From: Promethearchaeota archaeon
GTDB taxonomy: Archaea; Asgardarchaeota; Lokiarchaeia; Sigyniarchaeales; SOKP01
Direction of reading: 5' to 3'
DNA: 64,000 nucleotides
NCBI GenBank assembly: GCA_048937405.1
Contig: JBHLNF010000002.1
Span: forward strand, 384,001 to 448,000
The position numbers were made by a program, and so were the translations under genes. Under the pieces are notes generated by a model. That model saw only the letters and a program-made list of their open reading frames with translations, was not told where the DNA came from and ran no database searches. This document shows, one piece after another, positions 40,072 to 50,657 of the stretch (positions are counted from its first letter, which is position 1; each line of letters begins with the position of its first letter).

Positions 40072-41562
40072 TTATGGAAGAGCAAGTCTCCCTGGGTGCA
40101 TTATCATATTTGGATCAACAAGCTTTTTAAAAGCCCTTAGATATTTCCAATACATTCCTGCTTGATAATACGCTTGTATATGAATGTATGGGTCTGGTCT
40201 ATAATTTAACCAACCTTGTTTTAACGCGTATTCTGTAGTCTCTCTATTTAATTCTTGAACTCTTTCGAAATCTGACTGTTTAGTGGAGTCAAAACCAATT
40301 ATAGGCATACATATCGCTTGTCTGCAACGCTCAATACTAGCTACCCAAATTGTAGGGGGAAGACCATGTTTCTCCGCCGCTTTTATATACATATCGCAAA
40401 AGTGAGCGCATTCATTCCATGGTGTATACCATGTAATAAAGAGAAAACCAGCTTCCCATAAACTATATGAAATTGCTAGTTTATTTGGCTTTTTCATTCG
40501 ACTTGCTATTTGTTTAGGATGTAATTCTTGTTTTACAAGAGCATCAGGATCTTTTGCTCGCTTTTTAAAATCTTCTGCTTGTTTGTCGATAGTCTCAATT
40601 ACATGCTCCAATTCGCTTTTTTCTTGAGCCCAAATCTCCCAATTCATCCACCATGGTGCAACTCCAAGTTCCTTATAGAATTCATAATCATGTGGGACTT
40701 TATCTTTTGGCCAGCGAGTCATAACTAAAGGATAATTTCCTCCCTGAACCATTACAGTATGATGAGCAATTCCAAACTCTTTTTTACCAACTTCAAGAGT
40801 TAAGTCTTGCATATCATAAGGATTCGACATACACCAGACAACTACAGTTTTATGTTTTGGGTGGGGATAAATTTTCACAGCAGCTTTAGTAATAACACCC
40901 ATAGACCCTTGAGAACCCATTAAATAACTCCACATATCAGGACCTAAACCATATTTATAAAATGGTTTAGCAAAAGGAAGTGCCCAAGATCCAGTTCGTA
41001 CTACATCTCCATTAGGGAAAACAATTTCTCCACACATAAAATTATCTCCCTGTGGACCAACTGAAGACGTATATAAAGAGAATCCCCGATCAATTGCATC
41101 TCCCATAACTGTCGCTGCTGGAGGTGCACCATCAGGAATAGGGGGTGCCCAATCTGGGTGGTTTTTATTCATATAAGCCCAGAGTTCCCCATTAGTAACT
41201 CCCGGTTCTATAATACAATATCGATTTTCCTCATCGATTTCAATGATCCTTTTCATTCTTCCTAAATCAAGAACAACTCCACCAGGTCTTATTGTAGGGC
41301 ATGCAAATCCTCCAGATAACCCACCGGAGATAGGACTTACAGGGATCTTTTCAGCAGAACAATAAATCAATATTTTGCGTATCTCCTCGACATATTTCGG
41401 TCTAATAACGATATTAGGAATCTGTGACTCTAATCCCATAACTGATTTTGCCAAATAACCCGCAGTAATTGCCTTGTTGTTTGTAGCAAATTCTTTACCG
41501 ACAATACCAATCATAGCTTCTAAATCTTTTTCATCTGGTAATTTATAGCTCATATTTTCCAA
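40072..41562 (-). CDS. FAD-binding oxidoreductase (GlcD/VAO family)
   Basis: GGVVLDLGRM, EPGVT, GSQGSMGVITK, C-terminal DPNMIMHPG; operonic with the GlcF-like gene; true start probably MSYKLP. Confidence 0.9.
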   Translation of the reverse strand: MENMSYKLPDEKDLEAMIGIVGKEFATNNKAITAGYLAKSVMGLESQIPNIVIRPKYVEEIRKILIYCSAEKIPVSPISGGLSGGFACPTIRPGGVVLDLGRMKRIIEIDEENRYCIIEPGVTNGELWAYMNKNHPDWAPPIPDGAPPAATVMGDAIDRGFSLYTSSVGPQGDNFMCGEIVFPNGDVVRTGSWALPFAKPFYKYGLGPDMWSYLMGSQGSMGVITKAAVKIYPHPKHKTVVVWCMSNPYDMQDLTLEVGKKEFGIAHHTVMVQGGNYPLVMTRWPKDKVPHDYEFYKELGVAPWWMNWEIWAQEKSELEHVIETIDKQAEDFKKRAKDPDALVKQELHPKQIASRMKKPNKLAISYSLWEAGFLFITWYTPWNECAHFCDMYIKAAEKHGLPPTIWVASIERCRQAICMPIIGFDSTKQSDFERVQELNRETTEYALKQGWLNYRPDPYIHIQAYYQAGMYWKYLRAFKKLVDPNMIMHPGRLALP

Positions 41563-41854
41563 CCTATTAATAATTCTTCTAAATCTTGTTTTTTTATAAT
41601 TTAAAATATTATTTTGGAAAATTAAGTACTAAATTTTAATTTTTCTTATATCTTTTACAAGTAAACAAAGATTTTTTCTTTATTTTTAGAGTATTGTTTT
41701 AATTAATTAAAGTGTATTAAACATTCTTTAATGATAGAAATAGTTTGAGAATAACTTCAGAAATTCTTTTCTTATCTTGTTTTAAAGATATGAGTTGAAT
41801 TATTCTTCTATTATAAATATTATTTTTATCTAATTAGGTATTGCTATACCAAAA

Positions 41855-42424
41855 TTATATTTCTTGAATTTCCTGATCTAATCCTATTTGGTTATATTCA
41901 CTATTAATATTAGAAAATGTCGAGAATTTTCTATGTTTATTATCATTTATAATGAATTTATGAAAAGTTTTATTTTGATCATCAATAAATTCTCTAAATT
42001 CTTCATAAATTTCTTTTAATGTCATTTTTCTATTATTTAGGGGGCCTTCTTGCTTGATACTTTTGTTTTCACTATTTTTTTCCTTATTTATAGGGACAAA
42101 TTTCACAATATCTCTATCATAAATTATTTGCTCAAATAGATCACGATCTTTATTATCAAATTGACTAAATGCTTTGACACCATTGCTTAAATTTTTTGTA
42201 CTTTCTTGGTTCAATTCCAAATCAACCTTTTGATATCCTCGAATTTGAAATTGATTGTCCATAAAAAATTGAAAGTGATGAGGGCAAATTAGACCTTTTT
42301 GGATTGAAATTGTAGTTAATCGAGAGTTTTTATTTATTTGTGATCTTGGTATACCAACAAGATCTCTGGTTTTACAGATTGGACAAATGACTTGAATCTT
42401 ATTTGTCTTTGTAATAATATTCAT
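41855..42424 (-). CDS. Zinc-finger-like hypothetical protein
   Basis: CPIC...CPHHFQFFMDNQFQIRGYQKVD, a motif type I recognise as common in Lokiarchaeia. Confidence 0.65.
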   Translation of the reverse strand: MNIITKTNKIQVICPICKTRDLVGIPRSQINKNSRLTTISIQKGLICPHHFQFFMDNQFQIRGYQKVDLELNQESTKNLSNGVKAFSQFDNKDRDLFEQIIYDRDIVKFVPINKEKNSENKSIKQEGPLNNRKMTLKEIYEEFREFIDDQNKTFHKFIINDNKHRKFSTFSNINSEYNQIGLDQEIQEI

Positions 42425-42535
42425 TAAGAATCACAAAATTAAATTAATTAAAAGTATTTTATATGTCTCTAAATTGGCATATTTAAACTTCTGCAATTCT
42501 CTCTTTTTATTAAAAATTCATTAAATCACAAAAAA

Positions 42536-43339
42536 TTATCTTCTTAAGAATATTTTCGATGAATACCTTATACCAATAAAGAGAAAGAATAGAGAAAAAA
42601 TTAGCGTTAAAGGCAATTGTCCTATTATAATGTAGGCGAAATTAGGTTCTGCTGAATAGAAATACAACGTAATGGTTACTCCTAAAAATATGAACGAATT
42701 TGTAAGGGCAATTTTCCAGTTTGGAGACAAAAATCCAAAAATTAAATTTGGAGGTAAAAACAGAATAACGATATTTGCTGTTGATAACAATATTAAAATT
42801 GGCATGAAAGTTGTGAATAATTGATCCGCGTTATAGAATCGGTTTAAATTAAAGTATTGAAAAATGAATAAAGTTGTATTTATACTCATAAAAATTAAAA
42901 AAAATGATAAAGGTCCAACGATTAACCATGATAATAGTGTCCTTATAATCGGTTTTTGCATTACTTTTCCTTTTAAATTATTATTAAATATTTCTTCCAT
43001 CTCCTCAGGAAAAATTAATTCTGGATTATAATCAGGAGAATATGAGTCAATAAAATCTTGCATCATATTTTTAAGAATTTTTGAAACTAATTCGTTATTT
43101 TCATTCACTCCTACAACAGCAGCCACGAGAAATCTTTCTTCTTCGTTAGGAACTAAAATTAGTTTATCATTCTCACCGAGATCAACATTTTTAACTACAC
43201 TTCCAAGAGCTTCTCTACTAAAATTAGCAATTGAGGAGAAGAATCCTATTAGAATATTTTCATCATATTTTTTTTCCATAAAATTTTTCGAATATAATAA
43301 AATTCCATTTTCATCTAAGAAATATACACTTTTTATCAT
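42536..43339 (-). CDS. Longin-like domain fused to four TM helices
   Basis: MIKSVYFLDENGILLYSK...LIGFFSSIANFSRE...LKNMMQDFIDSY, then 4 hydrophobic helices. Confidence 0.75.
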   Translation of the reverse strand: MIKSVYFLDENGILLYSKNFMEKKYDENILIGFFSSIANFSREALGSVVKNVDLGENDKLILVPNEEERFLVAAVVGVNENNELVSKILKNMMQDFIDSYSPDYNPELIFPEEMEEIFNNNLKGKVMQKPIIRTLLSWLIVGPLSFFLIFMSINTTLFIFQYFNLNRFYNADQLFTTFMPILILLSTANIVILFLPPNLIFGFLSPNWKIALTNSFIFLGVTITLYFYSAEPNFAYIIIGQLPLTLIFSLFFLFIGIRYSSKIFLRR

Positions 43340-43369
43340 ATTAATCTCTCAATTTATTAATTTTCAATT

Positions 43370-45115
43370 TTATTTATAATCTTGTTCAAAAAATTCTTTA
43401 TAATCCTCTAAAGATGCTTTAGATCTTTTAAAACTGAAAAGATATTTACCGAATAATTCTATTAGGCGAATTATCATCTTGTTTGGGTTATCTTTTAGAA
43501 ATATTTTATACTTTTCATTTTTTCTCTCTTCTTGAATTTTGGCTACTTCATCAAACTTATATAGTTTCTCAATTAATCTCTCATCCGGATTATTTAATTC
43601 TATGGTAATAATTTCACCTGATTGAGGCAATTCTTCAATTAATTTTTTGAATGTCCCAATTTTTGATTCTTTTTTACCAATGGTTAATATTTGATCACAA
43701 TTAGAAACAATTCCCTCTGGAGCATGAAAAATTAGAATTACATTAAATTTCTCTTTTATTTTTTCCATAGAATTATTGAATTTATCATATTCTAATCGAT
43801 CTAATATTTCAAAGGGAATAAAGAACATAATTATTGAAGGAAATTTTACCAAAGCTTTAGCAATTGAAAATAAAAGGAAATCTAAATGATTTAATTCTGA
43901 ACAACGCTTATTTTTCTTAAGTGATAATCCTGTAAGCTCTAAGGCATTTTTAATATACGATTTACCATGAATTAATCTCCTTGAAGGAGCTACGAATATT
44001 TCTCCAATTATCTCATCAATCCTAGGAACAAATCCCGCAGTTTTTAATATCAGTTGGAGTTTGGATTTTCGATTTTTCAGAATTCCTTTAATGTCAATTT
44101 TATATTTAATTGCTTTCTTGACTTTCATATTTAATATTTTTGATTCATGCGCCTGAGGTAATATTACTATTTTTTCTAAATCTTTTCTATTTAAAAATTG
44201 AACCTCTTTTCCAAAAATTTCAATATTCCCAAAAAAATCAGAAAAATTCCCAGCAATACTCCAAAAAAGATAAAATAAATCATATTTATGTTCTGTATCA
44301 GATAATAGTTCTTCATCATAAAGAATCCCTATTGATTTTCCTCTGTGAATCCTGAAAGAAACATTTTGTATTCCATTCTCTATAGAGACATTTTTCAATA
44401 TTAAGTGTTGAGAATTTGGTCCTAATCTATCTAATTTTAACCGTTTTTCGATTATATTACAAATTACCTCAATTATTTGATAAATGTGGGGGGGATTTAG
44501 TTCATTCCAATTTTTAATTATATCTTCTTTGATAAAATCTCTTTCACTTATAATCTTTGAAAGTGTTCTTGAAAAGGAAAATAATGGTATAAGAGGGTAT
44601 TTTTCAAAATTTATATGTAATTTAATCACAAAATAAGGAAAAGAAATTCTAAATTCTCTATTATAAGGATTACTATCAACCATATAATTTTCAAATCTCT
44701 CATCTAATAACTCAACTTCTCTATCAAGTAGCATTATATGATTTTGAAATTCCTTTCGAATGAGGTTCCTCATACGTTCGATGATTTTTTTAGGACTAAC
44801 TAGTCCATCCTCATCGAAATCAGGATCAACAATAATTTCATTAAAATCAAATTCATCTATAAGGGGTGTATAAATTTTTAATAAAGGTACTCCCTTGTCC
44901 TTTACATCCTGATTAGTAAAGAATAATACTTCGATAAAAGATTTTTTATAGATTAAATTTAAAATTGAAGCAATACCAAAAGTGTTTTCTCTATATGTCA
45001 TCCAAAAACGTCTAGAAAATCTGACAGCATCCAAAATTTTCAGTCTAAGACGCTCTAATTCAAGGTTTCTAGAGGGCTTAAAAAATTTAGATTTCTTCAA
45101 ATCCTTAGATTTCAT
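43370..45115 (-). CDS. RWD/UEV-like domain(s) fused to a catalytically degenerate ABC ATPase
   Basis: LDREVELL...IKLHINFEKYPLIPLFSF...IKNWNELNPPHIYQII; ABC fold cues (NVSFRIHRGKSIGI, GNIEIFGKEV, LPQ, IAKALV, CDQILTI) but Walker A, signature and Walker B are lost. Confidence 0.7.
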   Translation of the reverse strand: MKSKDLKKSKFFKPSRNLELERLRLKILDAVRFSRRFWMTYRENTFGIASILNLIYKKSFIEVLFFTNQDVKDKGVPLLKIYTPLIDEFDFNEIIVDPDFDEDGLVSPKKIIERMRNLIRKEFQNHIMLLDREVELLDERFENYMVDSNPYNREFRISFPYFVIKLHINFEKYPLIPLFSFSRTLSKIISERDFIKEDIIKNWNELNPPHIYQIIEVICNIIEKRLKLDRLGPNSQHLILKNVSIENGIQNVSFRIHRGKSIGILYDEELLSDTEHKYDLFYLFWSIAGNFSDFFGNIEIFGKEVQFLNRKDLEKIVILPQAHESKILNMKVKKAIKYKIDIKGILKNRKSKLQLILKTAGFVPRIDEIIGEIFVAPSRRLIHGKSYIKNALELTGLSLKKNKRCSELNHLDFLLFSIAKALVKFPSIIMFFIPFEILDRLEYDKFNNSMEKIKEKFNVILIFHAPEGIVSNCDQILTIGKKESKIGTFKKLIEELPQSGEIITIELNNPDERLIEKLYKFDEVAKIQEERKNEKYKIFLKDNPNKMIIRLIELFGKYLFSFKRSKASLEDYKEFFEQDYK

Positions 45116-48100
45116 TAACTTTTGGCACCTCCATTGCTTTATAACGAAAATATTGTTCCATTTTTGAATCTATTTGTTTTACTTCTTTAATTGATTCTTT
45201 TCCCATCTCTTCTTCTATTTTTTCAACCAACATATCGATATTTAAATTAGTGAAAATTGAATAATTTGTACCTACTTTATTTTCTAAGACTTTATCAATC
45301 CCTTCAATCCCTTCGAGTTTATTAATTACATTTTCTTTTATATTTGTAAATTCAACTTCAATCGATCTTCCCTTTCCAGGTAAATTAACTAAAAGTGATT
45401 TAGGCTGTCCAAAATCTATCATTCCACGCTTTCGACCAAAGATAGCAACTAGATTACAAAATCTAGACTCTTCAGGATAGTGGGTAATAACAACTAATGT
45501 TGTATTGAATTGCTCATTAATCTTAGTTAATACAAGCCATAAGTTTTCTCGTACAACAGGATCCAAACCGCTAGTTGGTTCATCTAAAATTAAAAACATC
45601 GGTGAATGCATTAGTCCTATTGCAATACTAACTCTTCTTTTTTGCCCACCAGAGAGATTTTTAACGTACTCATCTATTTTATCCTCAATTTCTAGGCTGC
45701 GTAAAATTCGCTTCGCTCGACTCATAATCTCTTTTTCTGTAAGACCATACTGGCTTCCAAAATATAATAAATTTTCAAACGTGGTAAAATTATGATAAAT
45801 TTTACCTAAATCTTGAGGAACATACCCATATATTGGTCTAATTCTTCTTGAAATTCTTCTATTCATATTCATTCCATAAATTTGACAAAATCCAGTAATT
45901 TTTCTCATACCTAATAAACCTTTAATAAAGGTTGATTTCCCTGCACCGCTCTCTCCTAAAATTCCTAAAATTTTTCCATGCTTTACATTCATAGAAACGG
46001 AATCAACTATTAATTTTCCTCCTGCAAAAATACTTAAATTTTCACAATTAATTGCGGGAAATTTTTTTAAATAGGATTCATTAAGTTTCCCTCCAAAACC
46101 AAATAATAATTTAATTCTTTGTGGTATAGAAAGCCGTTGATAGAGTTTAAACAATATAAAAAATCCAATACCCGCAGCTTCAATAAGCAGAATATATGTT
46201 AATAAAAGGTTCCAAGGTTTTGAATCAAAACTTTGATCATATTGCAATTCATCTACAATAACAATTGCATTAGCCATATTTCTTAAATCACCTCCAAATC
46301 CTGGATTATCACCCACTCCTCCTGTATTAAAACTAATACATTGAATATACCAATTTAAAGTAGTTTTTATATTTTCTGGCTGAAATCTGTAGTCATAAAG
46401 CCCTTTTGATCCAAAATAAGTAATCATAAAGTTGGATGGTAAGTCAAGATAAGCCCCAAAAGCGGGTAAAACTAAAAACGAGCCATCTGAAGTTTGTGAG
46501 TTCTTTAGAAACTCGATGGCGGCTATTTTAGCCATTGGCTCAGAATTTAATAAATCAGTGAAAATTTCCAATCCATAATAAGTTGAAATAACATCACTAT
46601 GGAAGCCTATAAATAAAGAAAATCCACCATCTGGATTTTGACATGATCTCATCCAATGAGTAAGATTAACATGATTGATATTATCTAAATCATTGATTAC
46701 TTCCAACGAATATAAAGCCCAATACGTGCTTTCCATAGTTGACATATTTGAATTAATTAAATATATCAGTATTTGATAAACTGCTCCATACATGTTTAAA
46801 ACTGCTTCTACATCCTGACCCACACTAAATCCACCATCTGGATTTTGAAGATCGACTAAATAATTTGTAATATTCCCAATCTCATCATCTTCAGGCCATT
46901 TATTTGTAAAAGGAAAAAGGATTTTATAAATATTTAATCCACAATAGGTAGCATATAAAGTGGCATTTTCACCAGGAGAGGATGAAAATCCACCATTATA
47001 AGGATTATAACATCTATCAACAAAATTTGTTATGTTTTTCAATATTTCTTCATTCATAATCTCTTTATTTATAAATTCAGTAAATATTTCAGGATTATAA
47101 TTATAAAGGGCTGAGATCCCGTTAAAATTTGCTTCAATTGTAGTGCTTCCAAATAATGAATTTTGTCCTTGAAAAAAATGAAGCCATTCATAATAATTAA
47201 GAGTTGCTTCTCTAATATCAGCAAGGTTACTTTCAGTTAAGGACTCTAATTTGAGACTATCAATTGACTTCATAGCAGCCCACCCTGATATAAAATCGGA
47301 ATTATCATTCGAAATTGGATTTGAACGAAAACCTCCATCTCCATTTGAACAATTAAGTATAAAAGAAAGAGTCTTTTGTTCATCAAATAGCAAAGGATTA
47401 TATAAACCTAATCTCCTTAATGATGATAAAGCATAATATGTCGATTGGACATCAGAAGGTCCACCTAAAATATTAGAAAAACCATAATCTATAACATTAT
47501 ATAGCGAATTAAAATAGGTATAAATAGCCGACAATTCTGCAGAAGAATAGGTCATATTCATTCCTAAAAATGCTTGAATGCCATAATAGGTTGATTCGGC
47601 TGTTGCTACACTTAAAGCATCATTTGTCAATTTATAACTTCCTACTAGCCATGTGGAATTAATATATTTTGAAATATTATCATTTCTAAGGATGAAATCA
47701 CCATTTAAAATATTAGCTAAATCAATAGCACATGAAGTAGATCTTAAATCAGTAATATTTAAAAAGGGAATTAACTTAAATCCCCCTTCTTTTTTGTTCA
47801 GTGAATTATTTAGATAATTTAAAATATTGTCTGTCTGATTTTGCTGAATTTTATTTAGCAAATATGATTGATTTGCAATCTCTAAAGTCTTTATTGCTTG
47901 ATATGTAGAAATCATATTTCCCAATCCACCTATATCTGAATATGAACCATCTATATTTTGTTTTTCAAAAATATAATCAAAGAATATATTTGGTTTATAA
48001 TCTTTTACATGTTTATTCGAAATATCATTTGGATTTACAAGATCTGAAGAATATAATTCAACAAACGTAAAATTTATTGAATCAACTGCTCTAAAATTTG

Positions 48101-48308
48101 AATCTAAAGTTGGTTCTATGAACAATCCATCATCATTTTGATGTGTCCATGTGAAAAAAACAGCATTGTCTTTAATGAATTGAACATCTTCATTTTTAAT
48201 ATATTCAATATAAGGAATATTAACTAGAATAATAGATATAATTGGAACACCTACTAGAATTCCCAAAACCAAGATATTTTTTAGCAATCGTTTTGTTTTG
48301 TGACCCAA
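45105..48308 (-). CDS. Prenyltransferase/squalene-cyclase QW-repeat barrel + TM + ABC ATPase fusion
   Basis: N-terminal TM; repeats KQNIDGSY, CSNGDGGF, LQNPDGGF, CQNPDGGF, SQTSDGSF with STY(Y/W)(A/G) helices; TM near residue 705; GESGAGKST, LSGGQKRR, LILDEPTSGLD, ITHY. Confidence 0.88.
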   Translation of the reverse strand: MGHKTKRLLKNILVLGILVGVPIISIILVNIPYIEYIKNEDVQFIKDNAVFFTWTHQNDDGLFIEPTLDSNFRAVDSINFTFVELYSSDLVNPNDISNKHVKDYKPNIFFDYIFEKQNIDGSYSDIGGLGNMISTYQAIKTLEIANQSYLLNKIQQNQTDNILNYLNNSLNKKEGGFKLIPFLNITDLRSTSCAIDLANILNGDFILRNDNISKYINSTWLVGSYKLTNDALSVATAESTYYGIQAFLGMNMTYSSAELSAIYTYFNSLYNVIDYGFSNILGGPSDVQSTYYALSSLRRLGLYNPLLFDEQKTLSFILNCSNGDGGFRSNPISNDNSDFISGWAAMKSIDSLKLESLTESNLADIREATLNYYEWLHFFQGQNSLFGSTTIEANFNGISALYNYNPEIFTEFINKEIMNEEILKNITNFVDRCYNPYNGGFSSSPGENATLYATYCGLNIYKILFPFTNKWPEDDEIGNITNYLVDLQNPDGGFSVGQDVEAVLNMYGAVYQILIYLINSNMSTMESTYWALYSLEVINDLDNINHVNLTHWMRSCQNPDGGFSLFIGFHSDVISTYYGLEIFTDLLNSEPMAKIAAIEFLKNSQTSDGSFLVLPAFGAYLDLPSNFMITYFGSKGLYDYRFQPENIKTTLNWYIQCISFNTGGVGDNPGFGGDLRNMANAIVIVDELQYDQSFDSKPWNLLLTYILLIEAAGIGFFILFKLYQRLSIPQRIKLLFGFGGKLNESYLKKFPAINCENLSIFAGGKLIVDSVSMNVKHGKILGILGESGAGKSTFIKGLLGMRKITGFCQIYGMNMNRRISRRIRPIYGYVPQDLGKIYHNFTTFENLLYFGSQYGLTEKEIMSRAKRILRSLEIEDKIDEYVKNLSGGQKRRVSIAIGLMHSPMFLILDEPTSGLDPVVRENLWLVLTKINEQFNTTLVVITHYPEESRFCNLVAIFGRKRGMIDFGQPKSLLVNLPGKGRSIEVEFTNIKENVINKLEGIEGIDKVLENKVGTNYSIFTNLNIDMLVEKIEEEMGKESIKEVKQIDSKMEQYFRYKAMEVPKVNEI

Positions 48309-48313
48309 ATCAA

Positions 48314-49315
48314 TTATTTTCTAATCACCTTTAAATCATTCGAACTAATTATTTTTTCTTCCTCTTGTAAAATTCTAATTTGAAAGTATCTTCTAAAAGT
48401 AGCGAGATCTTTACTCATTGAAGTTATGATAATATTATTATCTAACATATACTCGATTAATTTTGATAAATTTTCCTCATAATTTTCCATTAGAACCTCA
48501 ATTGCTTCATTTCCTACTCTTATTATTCTTCTTATAGACGGAAATTTCTCAATAAATGCAATTATTTTTTCATTTAGATTTTGAATTGTAAACCTTGCTA
48601 TTAATCCTTCACTTGGTAAGGAAGATATTAGGTTTTGAGAGGTATCAAACTCTAATAACCTTCCATCTCTTAAAATTGCTGCTTTATCACATATTAATGC
48701 AGCTTCTAAATCATGAGTAATTATAAACATCGTCGTATTTAATCTTTGGTTTAGTTTCTTTAAATAGCTAAGTATATCATAGCGTTTCGAGGCATCCACG
48801 CCAGTAGTAGGCTCGTCTAAGAACAAAACATCTGGATTATGAATTAAACCGATAGCCATTGACAATCGTTTCTTTTCTCCACCGCTCATTTTTTCAACTT
48901 TCTTTTTCCAAGTATCTTCTGGAATATCAAGGATTTTAAACAATTTTTTTGCTATTTCTTTTGCATTTTTTTTATTCATTCCATATGTAGAGGTAAAGAC
49001 CTCAACGTTTACCATTGGATCTAATTCGAAATATAAATTTAACATTTCAAGTTGTGGAACATATCCAATATTGCTGAGAATCTTTGAATGATTACTCTTT
49101 TTATCAGGAGATAAACCAGTAACTTTAACTTCTCCAGACCAATTTTTTTTTTCAATTTGACAGGTCATTACTCTGACTATGGTTGTCTTTCCTGCTCCTG
49201 AAATTCCAAATAAGCCTATAATTTCTCCTTTATCAACAGTAAAGCTAACGTCATGAACAACATGTTTTTCTCCAAATTTAACATTTAAATTTTTTACATC
49301 TACCATCCTTTTCAT
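48314..49315 (-). CDS. ABC transporter ATP-binding protein
   Basis: GISGAGKTT, YVPQ, MSGGEKKR, LFLDEPTTGVD, ITHD. Confidence 0.95.
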   Translation of the reverse strand: MKRMVDVKNLNVKFGEKHVVHDVSFTVDKGEIIGLFGISGAGKTTIVRVMTCQIEKKNWSGEVKVTGLSPDKKSNHSKILSNIGYVPQLEMLNLYFELDPMVNVEVFTSTYGMNKKNAKEIAKKLFKILDIPEDTWKKKVEKMSGGEKKRLSMAIGLIHNPDVLFLDEPTTGVDASKRYDILSYLKKLNQRLNTTMFIITHDLEAALICDKAAILRDGRLLEFDTSQNLISSLPSEGLIARFTIQNLNEKIIAFIEKFPSIRRIIRVGNEAIEVLMENYEENLSKLIEYMLDNNIIITSMSKDLATFRRYFQIRILQEEEKIISSNDLKVIRK

Positions 49316-49336
49316 TGTTTCAAGAGAACTAATTGC

Positions 49337-50626
49337 TTACACCTCATATTTTCTCCTTTTAAATATTATAAATGATACCATTGTCAAGATAGAACTAATA
49401 GCTAATAACCAAAAGAAGTGTAATCCCAGAATTGATTGACCTTTTTGAATTATACCGCGAAGTAAGGGATCTCCATGAGATAGAGGCAAAATATATGCAA
49501 TAACTTGCAAATAGGGAGGCATACCTTCAATAGGAATAAAAATTCCACTTAAAAGAACGGCAACAAGAAAAACAGCAAGAAATAACTGATTTGCTTGAGT
49601 CTTTGTTTTGCTCATTGAGCTAATAAAAACTCCCATCGTCAATCCAGAAAAACCAATTATGAATAGAGCAAGAAATAAATCTATTAGAGTACCCGCTATA
49701 TATAATCCCATTGATAAACCACTGATTAGCAATAAAGTAACTTGAAATAATAATACTAGAGTATATGTAATATATTTAGATATTAAAATTTCTGATCTCT
49801 TTACTGGAGTGAGTAATAATCGCGCAATCGGTTTCTCTTGAACAATTACTAATATTGATAATACAAAAGCGATACCAAAAACCATAAATGAAAGGGCCAT
49901 TACAATACTAGAATTGAAATTATGACTATATCCTTCAGGAATAATAAATTCTTCAAATCCATGAAGTTCAAATTGGGGTGTAAGATTATTCTCATTTACA
50001 AATATCTTAATTGAATCATAAACGGCGTTAAGACTCTGTTGAATAAACTGAATTTCTGAGGCATCTGGAACACAATCAATCAATCCTGGTAAACCAAATT
50101 TAAGTAATTCAGTAAAATCGACAGGCAAAGATAGAATAATTGAGATCTCCCCAGATATTAGAGCGTTTCTGGCTGTTTCCATTGCATATATCTCTTCAGT
50201 TGCGTTATAAAATTGAACTAAATCAAGCATAACCGACTTATTTACAGCCTCTACATATGGTATGGTATAATTATCTAAATATGATTCTGTTAAATCATTT
50301 TGGTTAATAACTATATTAGAATCGTATGATATTAACATACAAGGAATTGATTGCGTTTCGGGAGGTGTATCTGTCATTGTAAACCCTAACATAACTATTA
50401 TTAAAGGAGGTAACACGATAGCAAGCAGGAGATTAAATTTATCAGTCCATAAAAGTCTAAATTCTTTTTTAACCTGTTTTAAGATTCTTAGAGCGTTATT
50501 TTTTGATTTTAAAATTTTTTCAATAAATTTATTAAAATCAGGTTTTAGATTGGATACTTTACTTTTTACCTTCTCAAAATTTGGCTTGATTTTAGAATAC
50601 TTCTCTTTAATCTTTTTTTTATCCAA
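49337..50626 (-). CDS. ABC-2 family permease with large extracellular loop
   Basis: KEFRLLWTDK, TM1, ectodomain, RLLLTPVKRSEILISK, LSGIFIPIEGMP, LPLSH. Confidence 0.92.
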   Translation of the reverse strand: MDKKKIKEKYSKIKPNFEKVKSKVSNLKPDFNKFIEKILKSKNNALRILKQVKKEFRLLWTDKFNLLLAIVLPPLIIVMLGFTMTDTPPETQSIPCMLISYDSNIVINQNDLTESYLDNYTIPYVEAVNKSVMLDLVQFYNATEEIYAMETARNALISGEISIILSLPVDFTELLKFGLPGLIDCVPDASEIQFIQQSLNAVYDSIKIFVNENNLTPQFELHGFEEFIIPEGYSHNFNSSIVMALSFMVFGIAFVLSILVIVQEKPIARLLLTPVKRSEILISKYITYTLVLLFQVTLLLISGLSMGLYIAGTLIDLFLALFIIGFSGLTMGVFISSMSKTKTQANQLFLAVFLVAVLLSGIFIPIEGMPPYLQVIAYILPLSHGDPLLRGIIQKGQSILGLHFFWLLAISSILTMVSFIIFKRRKYEV

Positions 50627-50657
50627 CCTTAAAGGTTTTTTTTTAATCTTAACTATA

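Noticed and set aside
38623-41562. Selenoprotein or true heterodisulfide reductase
   Set aside because: No in-frame TGA or convincing SECIS; pairing with a GlcD-like flavoprotein indicates an ordinary GlcD/GlcF-type dehydrogenase.
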